A stretch of DNA of 64,000 nucleotides from Candidatus Undivivens industriae (GTDB lineage: Bacteria; Omnitrophota; Gorgyraeia; Gygaellales; Profunditerraquicolaceae). The notes under the pieces were generated by a model that saw only the letters and a program-made list of their open reading frames with translations, searched no databases and was not told where the DNA came from. This document shows, piece after piece, positions 27,328 to 36,507 of the stretch (position 1 is its first letter; the number at the start of each line of letters is the position of its first letter). The stretch lies in assembly GCA_012514745.1 (NCBI GenBank), contig JAAYZR010000020.1, forward strand, positions 13,293-77,292, in the 5' to 3' direction. The position numbers and the translations under genes are program-made.

Positions 27328-27829
27328 GTATTATGTCACCCGGGTTACGTTCTGTATCCGTATCCCATTGTTCGTGATTATTCACAATATATTCGCGTAT
27401 ACGGCTCAATGAAGATTCATCCCGGATGATGTGATCATAAAACGATTTTTGCCAATGGAATTTGTCCCCGGATTTAATCATTTCATTTATGCGCCGTGAC
27501 GAAAATGTCTTTAACGCGCGGATGATTTCCGGCAATCCATGATTTTTTGTAGGGAACGGTTTCAAACCGTTCCCTGTGTTGTCAATTACAACGATCCCAT
27601 GCACGTGATTCGGCATTACGATAAATTCATCCAATTCGATATTCCGATAATGATTGGACAAATCAACCCAGCACGTCGATACAAAACGGCCGTTTTCATT
27701 TAATTCCATGACGCCGTTTTCTATGCTGCCAAACCATTCCCGCCTGCCCTGCGTGCAAATGGTAACGAAATAACACCCGTTCTGCGAATAATCGTAATTC
27801 TTTAAACGATTCGCTTTGCGCTGATCCAT
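27308..27829 (-). mobile_element. REP-associated tyrosine transposase (RAYT / TnpA-REP, IS200-like Y1 HUH)
   Basis: HUH motif NHVHGIVV and the catalytic Tyr motif WQKSFYDHIIRDE; 173 aa. REP-like hairpins lie inside and just upstream. Confidence 0.8.
27552..27574. repeat. REP-like perfect hairpin GGGAACGGTTT-C-AAACCGTTCCC embedded in the RAYT coding sequence
   Basis: 11-bp perfect inverted repeat; it encodes residues NGLKPFP in frame. Confidence 0.7.
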
Positions 27830-27836
27830 AATTACC

Positions 27837-27857
27837 GGAACGGTTATAAACCGTTCC
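27837..27857. repeat. REP-like hairpin GGAACGGTT-ATA-AACCGTTCC 8 nt upstream of the RAYT start codon
   Basis: 9-bp perfect arms with the same core as the intragenic copy. Confidence 0.7.
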
Positions 27858-27865
27858 CTACTGGT

Positions 27866-28129
27866 TCATTTCTTCTGAAATTTATATTTAATGAACAAAA
27901 CTAACCCGGCGACGAGGATCAGAAGCGTAACGCTGTTGGCCAGGATAATGGCAAAGTTTCTCAAATGTATCCCATACACCAGCCAGAGAAAGATCCCGGC
28001 CATGAACTGCACGATGGTCACAATACTTATATCGTTCACCGACTTGGTGCGGTATATCTTGATCACCTGCGGTAAGAAACCAAACATAGTCAGGAACGCC
28101 GCCGATAATCCTATAATATTCCAGAACAT
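27866..28129 (-). CDS. SemiSWEET / PQ-loop sugar transporter (3-TM)
   Basis: 87 aa, three TMs, PQ motif in TM1 (FLPQVIKIYRTKS). Confidence 0.7.
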   Translation of the reverse strand: MFWNIIGLSAAFLTMFGFLPQVIKIYRTKSVNDISIVTIVQFMAGIFLWLVYGIHLRNFAIILANSVTLLILVAGLVLFIKYKFQKK

Positions 28130-28188
28130 AGCTATTTTGCCTCCTTAATAAAGATGTGCGGTAAAGAAATAAAGCTCCCGACAAATGA

Positions 28189-28216
28189 AACTCCCCGGCT
28201 TTCAAGCCGGGGAGTT
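28189..28216 (-). terminator. Hairpin terminator downstream of the lipoprotein gene
   Basis: AACTCCCCGGC-TTTCAA-GCCGGGGAGTT, an 11-bp stem, followed on the minus strand by TTCATTTGTC. Confidence 0.45.
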
Positions 28217-28227
28217 CTGCGGTTTGA

Positions 28228-29013
28228 TTAATTGTTGGAGCGCATAAGCTTACGTAATTCCTGGGCCGGTATTGACTGGACTTTCAGCTTCCCGTTGCCG
28301 CCCTGAAGCGGAAAATCTATGTTTTTGACGGTGTATGCTCCGCCTTTTTCAATAATCCTGCCGACCTTGTAACCCAGAAAACAAGGGCGGCCGATAACAA
28401 GACTGCTTTGCTCGTTGGCCTTCCATTCGATGCTCAAGCTGCTTTTTACGATCTTTTCTATCTCGCTTCCCGGAGCGATCTCAATCTTTTTATCGTTCTC
28501 ATCGATCAGCTCATATTCCAGGCTCGAGACCTGAAGCAGGGCCAATACGATATATCTGTCTTTGAGGTTCAAATGGGGTTTCCGGCTTCTTATTGCCGGT
28601 AATATCACGTTTTCAAGCCGGTCCTCGGTAAGATCATATTGATAAACATCTCCCAGTTTGAGCTTGAACTTTTTCACGCGTAAAGCTTTGAGCGTCCCTT
28701 CAACTTTACCTATAACATCCGCTTTCGCCGACAGTGAAAATGTCTTCTCGCCTGAAGACGCGGGCAGATAGACCTTCCGTTTCAAATCCGCCATCGTTTT
28801 CTCGTTCTCTTCTTTGGTAAAAATATCATCTATGAAAACTACCGGGAGAGAATTCAAAGAATAGGTGCGGTAAATATTCCCCAGTTCCTGTTTTTCGGGA
28901 ATCGGAAGAATAGGGCAAAAGCCGTTTGTCTTCAATGCCCTCGTAAGCGGATCGGTCGCGCACCCGGCAAGGAAAACGAATCCCAAAATGAAAATGCATT
29001 TGATTTTCTTCAT
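28228..29013 (-). CDS. Lipoprotein of unknown function
   Basis: Signal peptide with the lipobox FLAGC; 261 aa; no recognisable domain. Confidence 0.6.
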   Translation of the reverse strand: MKKIKCIFILGFVFLAGCATDPLTRALKTNGFCPILPIPEKQELGNIYRTYSLNSLPVVFIDDIFTKEENEKTMADLKRKVYLPASSGEKTFSLSAKADVIGKVEGTLKALRVKKFKLKLGDVYQYDLTEDRLENVILPAIRSRKPHLNLKDRYIVLALLQVSSLEYELIDENDKKIEIAPGSEIEKIVKSSLSIEWKANEQSSLVIGRPCFLGYKVGRIIEKGGAYTVKNIDFPLQGGNGKLKVQSIPAQELRKLMRSNN

Positions 29014-29034
29014 CCCGCCCCCTTTAATAATTTG

Positions 29035-29559
29035 TTAGGCTTCCACCAGAGAGACCAGGAAAATATAAACCGGCAGCCCTAACACCCCGTAAATCGCGTT
29101 ATACCAGGTTAAAGACGCGAAAGGCCCGCCGACGGCGAAGACCCATACGAAAAAGGAGATCGTCGAGATCAATAACTGTAATTTCTTGCTCACCTTCTCC
29201 TTGCGCCATAAATACAGCGGCGTGGCCAGGAAACAAAAGGTAAAAACAGACCAATACAGCGTCTCGTTCTGGGGCAGGGAGCGGACGACCGTTTCCAGAT
29301 AGATGTACAGGGCTATTATCTCCCCTGGGATGTATTTGATGAGACGGGACATGTATTTGTCCGGTTCCTTCGCGGCGTCCGCCTCTATACCGGCCGCTAA
29401 CACCCCCGCTTTGCCCCCTGCTCCGAGAACCTGACAACTGCTTTTCTTCTGCACATCCCTTCTGCTTATTACCGTTCTTCCCATACAATCCTCCTCGCTT
29501 TGAGTGTATCCTGTTTCGATAAAAGAACGTTGTTCACCGAGATGCTCCCGGCCCGGCAA
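29035..29559 (-). CDS. Small polytopic membrane protein of unknown function (likely starts at the internal MSRLIKYIPGE...)
   Basis: The C-terminal ~105 aa contain three hydrophobic helices; the N-terminal extension of the track ORF is probably untranslated. Confidence 0.4.
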   Translation of the reverse strand: MPGREHLGEQRSFIETGYTQSEEDCMGRTVISRRDVQKKSSCQVLGAGGKAGVLAAGIEADAAKEPDKYMSRLIKYIPGEIIALYIYLETVVRSLPQNETLYWSVFTFCFLATPLYLWRKEKVSKKLQLLISTISFFVWVFAVGGPFASLTWYNAIYGVLGLPVYIFLVSLVEA

Positions 29560-29979
29560 TCACTCCCCGATCATCTGCAGCACGACCTGGCGGTCGCGGG
29601 GGCGGTTATCGAACTCCGCCAGCACTATCTGCTGCCAGGTACCGAGGATCAGCTTTCCGTTCTCGAAAGGCACGGTCAGCGACGGACCCTGCAGGGCGGC
29701 GCGAAGATGGCTGAATCCGTTGGCATCTCCCCAGGTCTCATCATGGGCATAATGCCTGCCCTGCGGGGCGATACTATTATACAGCTCCTGCATATCGGTG
29801 ATCAATCCCGATTCGTACTCAAAGGTGGTGATCCCGGCTGTCGAGCCTACCACGAACACCGTGACATTCCCTCTCTGCAATCCGGCGCTCTCCAGGCTCT
29901 TCTGCGCCTTGACGGTAATATCTATCAAATCCCCTGCTCCCCGGGTCTCCAGTTCGATACGCTTGGTGACGATCTTCAT
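29560..29979 (-). CDS. yjbQ: YjbQ/UPF0047 family protein (secondary thiamine-phosphate synthase-like)
   Basis: 139 aa; GLITDMQELYNSIAPQG...HDETWGDANG pattern characteristic of YjbQ. Confidence 0.75.
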   Translation of the reverse strand: MKIVTKRIELETRGAGDLIDITVKAQKSLESAGLQRGNVTVFVVGSTAGITTFEYESGLITDMQELYNSIAPQGRHYAHDETWGDANGFSHLRAALQGPSLTVPFENGKLILGTWQQIVLAEFDNRPRDRQVVLQMIGE

Positions 29980-30000
29980 TTTAATCCCCTCCGCTGCCCC

Positions 30001-30270
30001 TTAACGGAAATTATAATGCTTGCGCACCGGCTTCTTGATCTCCCAGACGCAAGAGAGCCCCTCGGGAAAAATGACAAAATCCCCCTTCCCGAAACTCACC
30101 TTTTCCCCGTCTTGAGTAGTAACCTCCACATCACCTTCCAGAAAATAGCATTCCTCCACCGACTCATACTGCCAGTCAAAACGCGAGATCTCTTTGGTCC
30201 ATATCGGCCAGCAGAAGACTCCCTTCTTCTTCAACTCCTCCTGCGTCAATTTGCGCACCATGATCTCCAT
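30001..30270 (-). CDS. Small cupin-domain protein (DUF861/cupin_3-like)
   Basis: 89 aa; cupin core ECYFLEGDVEVTTQDGEKVSFGKGDFVIFPEG. Confidence 0.55.
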   Translation of the reverse strand: MEIMVRKLTQEELKKKGVFCWPIWTKEISRFDWQYESVEECYFLEGDVEVTTQDGEKVSFGKGDFVIFPEGLSCVWEIKKPVRKHYNFR

Positions 30271-30450
30271 GCCAACGCCTCCTCAAAATCCTGAAAAAGC
30301 AATAATGAATCTCCGGAATTAAGTATCGTGTCCCCGGAACACAAGGCAACAATTTAGGTTATTGTAGCACCGAAACGGAGGTTTTGGAATCAAAATGCAA
30401 GGGAAGGATTGTTGCGTAGTTAGATATATCCAACATTCACTCAAAAAATT

Positions 30451-31356
30451 TTACATCAGGCTAAAAACGTATCCGGCCAGCAGGGATGCCGCGCATATAA
30501 ACGCCAGATATATCACCAGGATTTTTGTGCCGAATTCCTTTCTTAAAACAAGGATTGTCCCATAACTGGTGATCGGCCCGGCCAGAAGCAGGGTAAACCC
30601 GGCCCCTTTGCTCAACCCCTGCCTAATCAAGGCATCCACCACCGGAACGCCCATGGTGGCGCAGAAATATACCGACAGCCCGAACACAAGCGCAAAGACA
30701 TACCCGGCCGCGCCTTTAAGGTAATTCTTAACAAGATACCCCACCGGCATCAACGACTCTATTATTGCCGCCAGGCATATACCGAAGAGGAGCTCTTTCC
30801 CGATGTCCCTCGGCATATCGATGAAGGCGTATTTGAGGATAGACTTGAACCTGGAACCCAGATGTTTCCCGGCCGCGCCCCCGCAATTACGGCATTTTCT
30901 GTCTCCACAGCTGCATTCTTCAGCCGCCGGGATCTTCCCTCTACCCACCGCCCCGATCCTGTTCCCGATAAATCCGGCGGTTATGCCCATCAAGAGCACG
31001 GTGCAGAAAAGGAAAACCGCAAATTTAATCCCAAGCAGCCCCGCGGTAACGATCAGGGCGTTAATGGAAGTGGCGGGGGTGACGATCAGGACGGCAAGGA
31101 TCGGCCCCAGAGACGCGCCTTTCCTGCGAAAGCTCACCGCTATGGGAAGAGCTCCCCAGCAGCATACGGGTGCGAGCGTCCCGGCCAGGGTAGACCAAAA
31201 TACGCCCTTCATACCTCTTCCTCCCAGGTGCTTCTCTATCCACTCGTCGGGGACAAACTCATGGATGATCCCGCTTAGGATGAAGCCGACGAACAAAGCC
31301 GGGACTATTTCTACGAGATAGCGCAGGAAAGAAGCGCTTAAGCCTTCCAATATCAT
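30451..31356 (-). CDS. Permease, DUF318/ArsP-like family with a Cys-rich cytoplasmic loop
   Basis: 301 aa polytopic; CSCGDRKCRNCGG loop; resembles the predicted-permease PF03773 family. Confidence 0.65.
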   Translation of the reverse strand: MILEGLSASFLRYLVEIVPALFVGFILSGIIHEFVPDEWIEKHLGGRGMKGVFWSTLAGTLAPVCCWGALPIAVSFRRKGASLGPILAVLIVTPATSINALIVTAGLLGIKFAVFLFCTVLLMGITAGFIGNRIGAVGRGKIPAAEECSCGDRKCRNCGGAAGKHLGSRFKSILKYAFIDMPRDIGKELLFGICLAAIIESLMPVGYLVKNYLKGAAGYVFALVFGLSVYFCATMGVPVVDALIRQGLSKGAGFTLLLAGPITSYGTILVLRKEFGTKILVIYLAFICAASLLAGYVFSLM

Positions 31357-31511
31357 AAACGCCTTCCCTTATCTTCTCTCGAGATGTTATTGAGAGCCAA
31401 CGCCCACATGAAGAAATTTTCCATAATATCACCTTTCCCTATGCCCGACCCCTTTGCTTCTTTTCACGTGAGAGAGGAGGGGCAAAAAGGATTAAAGGAA
31501 AAAACCGCGGT

Positions 31512-32630
31512 TCAGAAAGAATCCAGGAAGCCGGACAGGTCTGCTTTCAGCCTTTTACCCGCCAGGAAACTGCGCGCGATCCTGAAAGATTTTATGGCGA
31601 GTTTGCGGCGCCTGTTCTTGTGGGTGATCAGATATTCCAGCCGGGAAGAGAATTCTCCGCCGCCCGCCTCCTGGCTTGAGAAAAACAGGGCCGCTTCTTT
31701 AAATTTCTCGAAAACAGGCAGTCTATTGAGTAAAAGGGCGTTCTTGCACAAAGCCCCTTCGTGGGTGGAAAGAGAGAACGACTCACTTAAAGAAGGGTTG
31801 ATATAAATGTCGCTCAGGTAATACAACTGAAACAGCCTTTCTTTTTCCAGGTATCTTATGTAAAAAAGCTGGCCGGGGAATTTACGCAATACCCGAAGAA
31901 GCTTTTTGTGAAGGTCTTTTTCCAGGGATTTACCGATTATAAAGAATTTGAAGTTCTTATGCCTCCCCAGAAGTTTAGGAAGATGACGGATGATCATCTC
32001 TATCCCTTTTATCTGCTCGAGCCGCCCGACGTATAGGCCGGTAACATCGCCTTCTCTTATGCCGTATTTCTGCCTGATGCCGGACATTATTTCCTTCGAA
32101 GCGGGAAAGGTTTCTATTGTGTTCTCTATCATTGTCAGTTTCCCGGCGAACTTGGGGAAATACCTGCAGAAATTGTCGTATTCGTAATTGGAAGGGCAGA
32201 TAATCTTGTCCGCGAGCTCTATCATTTTCTCCTGATTCCGCAGGAAATAATTAAGCGTTCTGAACCCCGATTCCCTCTCCCGCCGCAGGATACTGTGGAA
32301 ATGATAAATTATCTTCGGGCGGGGATGAGCGCCGTTCTTGACCCCGCGCAATTCACCAGTCCAGTTCACGAAATGCTGAATTATGTAGTCGAACCCGTTC
32401 CAGCCGTGCTCTCTTTCGAAACCGGAAAGATTATTGTATTGCGTAATGGTTCCGTCGGGATTGAACAACTTTGCCGGGTATTTCTTGCGAAACTCTGCGC
32501 TTATCAGGACATGGACCCTGTGCCCCAGGTCAATCAAGGCGTCCCTGCACTGTTTGACGACCTGACCTACCCCGCCGCAATACCCTTTGCCTATGGGGAA
32601 TTCAAAAGTGAGCAGCAGTATTTTTTTCAT
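31512..32630 (-). CDS. Glycosyltransferase family 4 (GT-B)
   Basis: N-terminus MKKILLLTFEFPIGKGYCGGVGQVV and a C-terminal EGF/EAA-type motif region (SESFSLSTHEGALCKNALL). The likely ATG at 32630 is preceded by GAGGAA. Confidence 0.8.
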   Translation of the reverse strand: MKKILLLTFEFPIGKGYCGGVGQVVKQCRDALIDLGHRVHVLISAEFRKKYPAKLFNPDGTITQYNNLSGFEREHGWNGFDYIIQHFVNWTGELRGVKNGAHPRPKIIYHFHSILRRERESGFRTLNYFLRNQEKMIELADKIICPSNYEYDNFCRYFPKFAGKLTMIENTIETFPASKEIMSGIRQKYGIREGDVTGLYVGRLEQIKGIEMIIRHLPKLLGRHKNFKFFIIGKSLEKDLHKKLLRVLRKFPGQLFYIRYLEKERLFQLYYLSDIYINPSLSESFSLSTHEGALCKNALLLNRLPVFEKFKEAALFFSSQEAGGGEFSSRLEYLITHKNRRRKLAIKSFRIARSFLAGKRLKADLSGFLDSF

Positions 32631-32980
32631 TACGATTCCTCGCTCTCCGGCCGTTGGCTTAAAAGGAAAAAACGTCTCGTCCGGCGTCAATCGACAGACC
32701 GATACCTTGGTCGGAGCAATACGATTATAAGTGATATAAGTCCGGGTCTATACCTGTGGATAAGACGCAGAAGAATAAAAGCGGCTGTGCTTACTTTGAC
32801 ATCATCAAAACTGTTCCGCTCCGGGATACACTCCGTCGCTATCGCCGTTAGAGTATTTTTATTATACACTCTAACGGTCGCATACGCAACGGGTAATTTT
32901 GCAAGGTATGCAAGGTAAAAGGGCACGCCGGAGATTATTACTTCGTTGTCTAAATAAGGCTCGCGCTAAGAATCTTAGCA

Positions 32981-33919
32981 TCAGAACGAATATCTCAATG
33001 TGGAGATAAAACGGGAATCGTTCTTCTTGGCCGGCTCTGCGGGATCGGAATAATAGTCGTCAATGAAGCTAAAACATAAGGATAACTTTTCATTGAGCGG
33101 ATTCACCAGGGAGGTTTCGGAATGCAACCTGTATTCTCCGGACTCGGTCAAAGAGGGATAAACCGATATGTCCTGCGTGACCTTGGACCTGCTGAAAACT
33201 TTCTTTTCTAGGAACGCCCTGGGGATCAGTACCGTTTCATTCTGATCCGGCTCTTCCTTCCTGAATTTCGTGTGCTCAAAACCCACGCCGAATTCCGCCA
33301 GCGCCTTGAAACCCGGGGTATCGAAAAACCAGTATCCTAAGCCCGTCGAAGGAATAATCCTGTATTCAATATTGGCGAACCTGTCATGATCGTTCTCTAT
33401 TTTATAAAAGTTATACCAGGCTTTTTCCCGGAAACGGTAAGCGTAACGCAGCATCCCCGACCATTTCTGCGCGTCCATTTTGTTGTTTGCAGAAGAATAA
33501 TAGACGTCGCTTTTCATGGAAAAATCATCGGCATCGGTCTTTCTGTTCACCAGCAGGCGAACGGAGAAATTGGAACTCTTGGTGTTGCCGTTGGACTTAT
33601 TGTATCCGGCGGATATGCTTCTCGTCCATTTTGCCGGCTTTTCCTTTTCTTTGACTGCCGACGCTGTAACGGGCTTCGCGTAAAGTATCTCCTTAATCTC
33701 TCCCCTGGGAACCTCGACGCTCCCGATCACCGGGCTTTCCAGTTTCAACCGTTCCCCTTTATCGGAGAAGATCCTGCCGCTGATCCTGTCGCCGTTGTTC
33801 AGATATACTTCCACTTGCCCGTCCGCCGGGGCGGCGTGAAGCGGGACTACGCAAGACAATATCGACAGAACGGTAATCCAAAATGATATAAAAAGATGTG
33901 GATACATACGAATTATCAT
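32981..33919 (-). CDS. DUF481/YdiY-like outer-membrane beta-barrel protein
   Basis: Signal peptide, alternating beta-strand pattern, C-terminal ...TLRYSF aromatic terminus. Confidence 0.6.
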   Translation of the reverse strand: MIIRMYPHLFISFWITVLSILSCVVPLHAAPADGQVEVYLNNGDRISGRIFSDKGERLKLESPVIGSVEVPRGEIKEILYAKPVTASAVKEKEKPAKWTRSISAGYNKSNGNTKSSNFSVRLLVNRKTDADDFSMKSDVYYSSANNKMDAQKWSGMLRYAYRFREKAWYNFYKIENDHDRFANIEYRIIPSTGLGYWFFDTPGFKALAEFGVGFEHTKFRKEEPDQNETVLIPRAFLEKKVFSRSKVTQDISVYPSLTESGEYRLHSETSLVNPLNEKLSLCFSFIDDYYSDPAEPAKKNDSRFISTLRYSF

Positions 33920-34313
33920 CTTTTGCGGGTATTTCGCCGAAACAGTTATTCTGCCTTATTATACGGGTTTTGCGGAGGAGAGACAAGGGGGAGAAGGAAG
34001 AAAATGGAACTACGCGAGTGGATCCTTCGGTCATTCGCGAGAGGAGCGGCGCCTAAGCGGTTCCGACACTAACGAAATATAAAAAGCGCAAGGATGACCT
34101 CTTGCGCGAGAAATGTTGCAGACAATAGAACGCAAGTTCTCAAGCTAAGCTTTATATCAAGAACGGCTTTTGAAATTTCCTTGTATGCAACAAGCTGTTC
34201 CTCCAAAATCCGGCATCTCGTTTCATGCTTGTTGTTGAATATATTGACTGCGATCGTTATTGCCCCACCAACAACTGCTCCGCAAAGCCAGTTATTGCAT
34301 TAAAATTCATTAT

Positions 34314-34724
34314 TCATATCTCCTCGATTGTTTCCCTTGCCCATTGATAAACTCTCGCAGTTACTTTAACCATCTCATCCGCAAAGGATTTGTTGATGCT
34401 GCGGCATTCGTATTGGACAAGGTTTTTGCGGGCGATGATTTTACGTAACTGCTTTGATTTCTCCTCAGTGCTTTCAAGCGTCAATCCAGCTACTAAGTCG
34501 CAAACATCAAAGTGGTCTTGCGAAATCGAACGCACGCCCTTTCCATAGACGCAAACCGCATCTGCGGATGAAATCGCACATTGAACAGCCAAGGTTGCTG
34601 CCGCATTCCAGTTTGAAGCATTAAATGCGGCTAACATCTGCTCATAATTATCGGCGGCCTTCTTTAAATATTCTGAAGCTGCCGACCTATCCTCTTGCCT
34701 TATTTTTATCTCGCGAGCAGTCAT
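34314..34724 (-). CDS. HEPN-domain protein (putative toxin of a HEPN/MNT pair)
   Basis: 136 aa alpha-helical; R-x5-H motif (RSISQDH). It lies 2 nt downstream of the nucleotidyltransferase gene. Confidence 0.55.
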   Translation of the reverse strand: MTAREIKIRQEDRSAASEYLKKAADNYEQMLAAFNASNWNAAATLAVQCAISSADAVCVYGKGVRSISQDHFDVCDLVAGLTLESTEEKSKQLRKIIARKNLVQYECRSINKSFADEMVKVTARVYQWARETIEEI

Positions 34725-34726
34725 AT

Positions 34727-35356
34727 CTAAATCTCCAATGGTTCTTTCCCATATAAAACGGAATAAGATTTCATTAAGGTTGAAACCGGAGGCTGATTCT
34801 TTTTAAGTCGCTGCCTAAAGTCGGCGGATGACTTTATATATGAATCTAGCTGAACGCCGAAATAGGCCTTAAATCTGGGGGCAATTTCAGAAAGGAAGAC
34901 ATTTTCAACTGAATTAAGATCCACGGCCCTAGAGACTACCACCGCAACGTCAATATCGCTTCCCTTTTTAGCTGTTTCTGTCTGCATGCTTCCATAAAGG
35001 ATTAAAGATGCAATTTTGGCTTTAATCTTAATTCGTTTGAATTCTTTCAAAAGAAAGTTACGGATTTCGCTTTTAATATTACTTTCAGCGGCAAACATCG
35101 GATGAATAATTTTTTTAACAATCCGATCTTCCTCATTTAAAGTATAAATATGTTGCTTGCCAATAATATCTAATTTTAAGATGTTACGGCTATGCAGATC
35201 TTTTAATGAGTCATGTGTTGAGGGAGCTGAATAACCAATGAGCTTAGCAATTTGGCGGCCTGTAGTTTTGAAGTTCTTTCGGGCAGTTAAAAGCCGCAAA
35301 ATAGCTACTTTGGAAGGAGAATCAACGATTTCTTCAATTTGGAATGCTTTAATCAT
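34727..35356 (-). CDS. Nucleotidyltransferase (MNT, GS-x-DxD) with N-terminal winged-HTH; putative antitoxin
   Basis: LILYGSMQTETAKKGSDIDVAVVV pol-beta-type NTase motif; N-terminal HTH (VAILRLL...GRQIAKLIGYS). Confidence 0.65.
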   Translation of the reverse strand: MIKAFQIEEIVDSPSKVAILRLLTARKNFKTTGRQIAKLIGYSAPSTHDSLKDLHSRNILKLDIIGKQHIYTLNEEDRIVKKIIHPMFAAESNIKSEIRNFLLKEFKRIKIKAKIASLILYGSMQTETAKKGSDIDVAVVVSRAVDLNSVENVFLSEIAPRFKAYFGVQLDSYIKSSADFRQRLKKNQPPVSTLMKSYSVLYGKEPLEI

Positions 35357-35896
35357 AATACAAACCTAACATATGTAAGGTTAACCTTACATTAATATAA
35401 CATCTCAAAAGAAATTGTCAACTGAAAAATGAGCTTCATATTACTACGGAATGCAAGGCGTGATCCGTCTACTCAAATAACTATTTTCGCCACATACACA
35501 AGAGATAACGATTGCAAAGAATCGTTTTGAATCGGTTCGAGAAGGGCTAACTAAAACTCATTTACTAAATTGCGATTCAGAAAGAGATAGCTAAGCTATA
35601 TTTATTGGGCTTTTTTAGCGAACCCGGGACGGGATTATAATTTGAAAAGTGGGGGTTAATAACAGCTGAAAAACAAAATAAATAATGCCCTGGCCAATGC
35701 CGCTAATCAGGGCGGTCTTTATCTCTTCATTTGGAATTTGAGAGGTTTAACTGGTTGCCCGAACTGGACGCCAGACGAACTTCAAGACTCCAGGAAATTC
35801 CGTTACTTGTAAAAATTTATGTCCGTAAGGACAAAAGCGGATTTATTATTTTTTACTAGCCGACATTTCATTGGGCTAATTCAATTTTGTTCTTAG

Positions 35897-36460
35897 TTAT
35901 ATATATTTCACCTCTGCTGCTTTTTTCTCTGGCGCATTAGGAAAACCGTCTTTGGGGTAGCCGAGTAAAATAGGTCCGTACACCTTTTCGCCTTCTTTCA
36001 GGGCAAGCGCTTCTCTAACCTTAGCATCGTCCAACACCAGCTGGCCAAAATAAACCCAACAGCTGCCTATCCCCAAAGAACGGGCTGCCAGCATTATATT
36101 TTGACAGACCATAGGGCAATCTAAATCTGCGGTCATTCCCGAGCCAATAATAAAAAGCACAACCGGAGCACCGTAATAAACCGGGTCGCTGACCTTACTA
36201 TCTATATCTTTTCGCATTTCTCTTAATGTTTCATTGGATTTTTCCATCCATTTTTTATAACGCGGTAGGGCAATCTCTGAAAGTCTCTTCCTGAATGCTT
36301 TATCCGTAACAACAGCGAACCTCCACCCTTGCGCATTGCATCCGCTCGGAGCCATGTTACCGGCGTCGATTATCGTCTGAAGCGCATCCTTCGCGATCTC
36401 TATTGAATCGTAGCTTCTAACCGATCTTCTTGTCATGATATTTTCGATAACCGGGTTCAT
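35897..36460 (-). CDS. Nitroreductase family protein
   Basis: RRSVRSY, APSGCNAQGWRF; 187 aa. Confidence 0.8.
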   Translation of the reverse strand: MNPVIENIMTRRSVRSYDSIEIAKDALQTIIDAGNMAPSGCNAQGWRFAVVTDKAFRKRLSEIALPRYKKWMEKSNETLREMRKDIDSKVSDPVYYGAPVVLFIIGSGMTADLDCPMVCQNIMLAARSLGIGSCWVYFGQLVLDDAKVREALALKEGEKVYGPILLGYPKDGFPNAPEKKAAEVKYI

Positions 36461-36507
36461 TGTTTTACAATCTCCTGATTTATGGCTGCCGATTATGGCT
36501 TAGGGAT

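Noticed and set aside
29035-29250. N-terminal 70 residues of the 174-aa ORF (MPGREHLGEQRSFIETG...)
   Set aside because: Hydrophilic, low-complexity, and overlapping the 3' end of yjbQ. The membrane protein most likely starts at the internal MSRLIKYIPGE, so I report the gene with low confidence instead of a larger protein.
34094-34303. 69-aa plus-strand ORF in the AT-rich island
   Set aside because: No start context or RBS, and it lies antisense to a longer start-less frame. Treated as non-coding or remnant.
35520-35535. GGTTCGAG 8-mer resembling the T-loop region of the neighbouring tRNA-Gln, considered as a possible attachment-site direct repeat for the low-GC islet
   Set aside because: Only 8 nt, and in the opposite orientation to the tRNA copy, so not a credible att repeat. 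No convincing direct repeat of the tRNA 3' end was found at the left edge.
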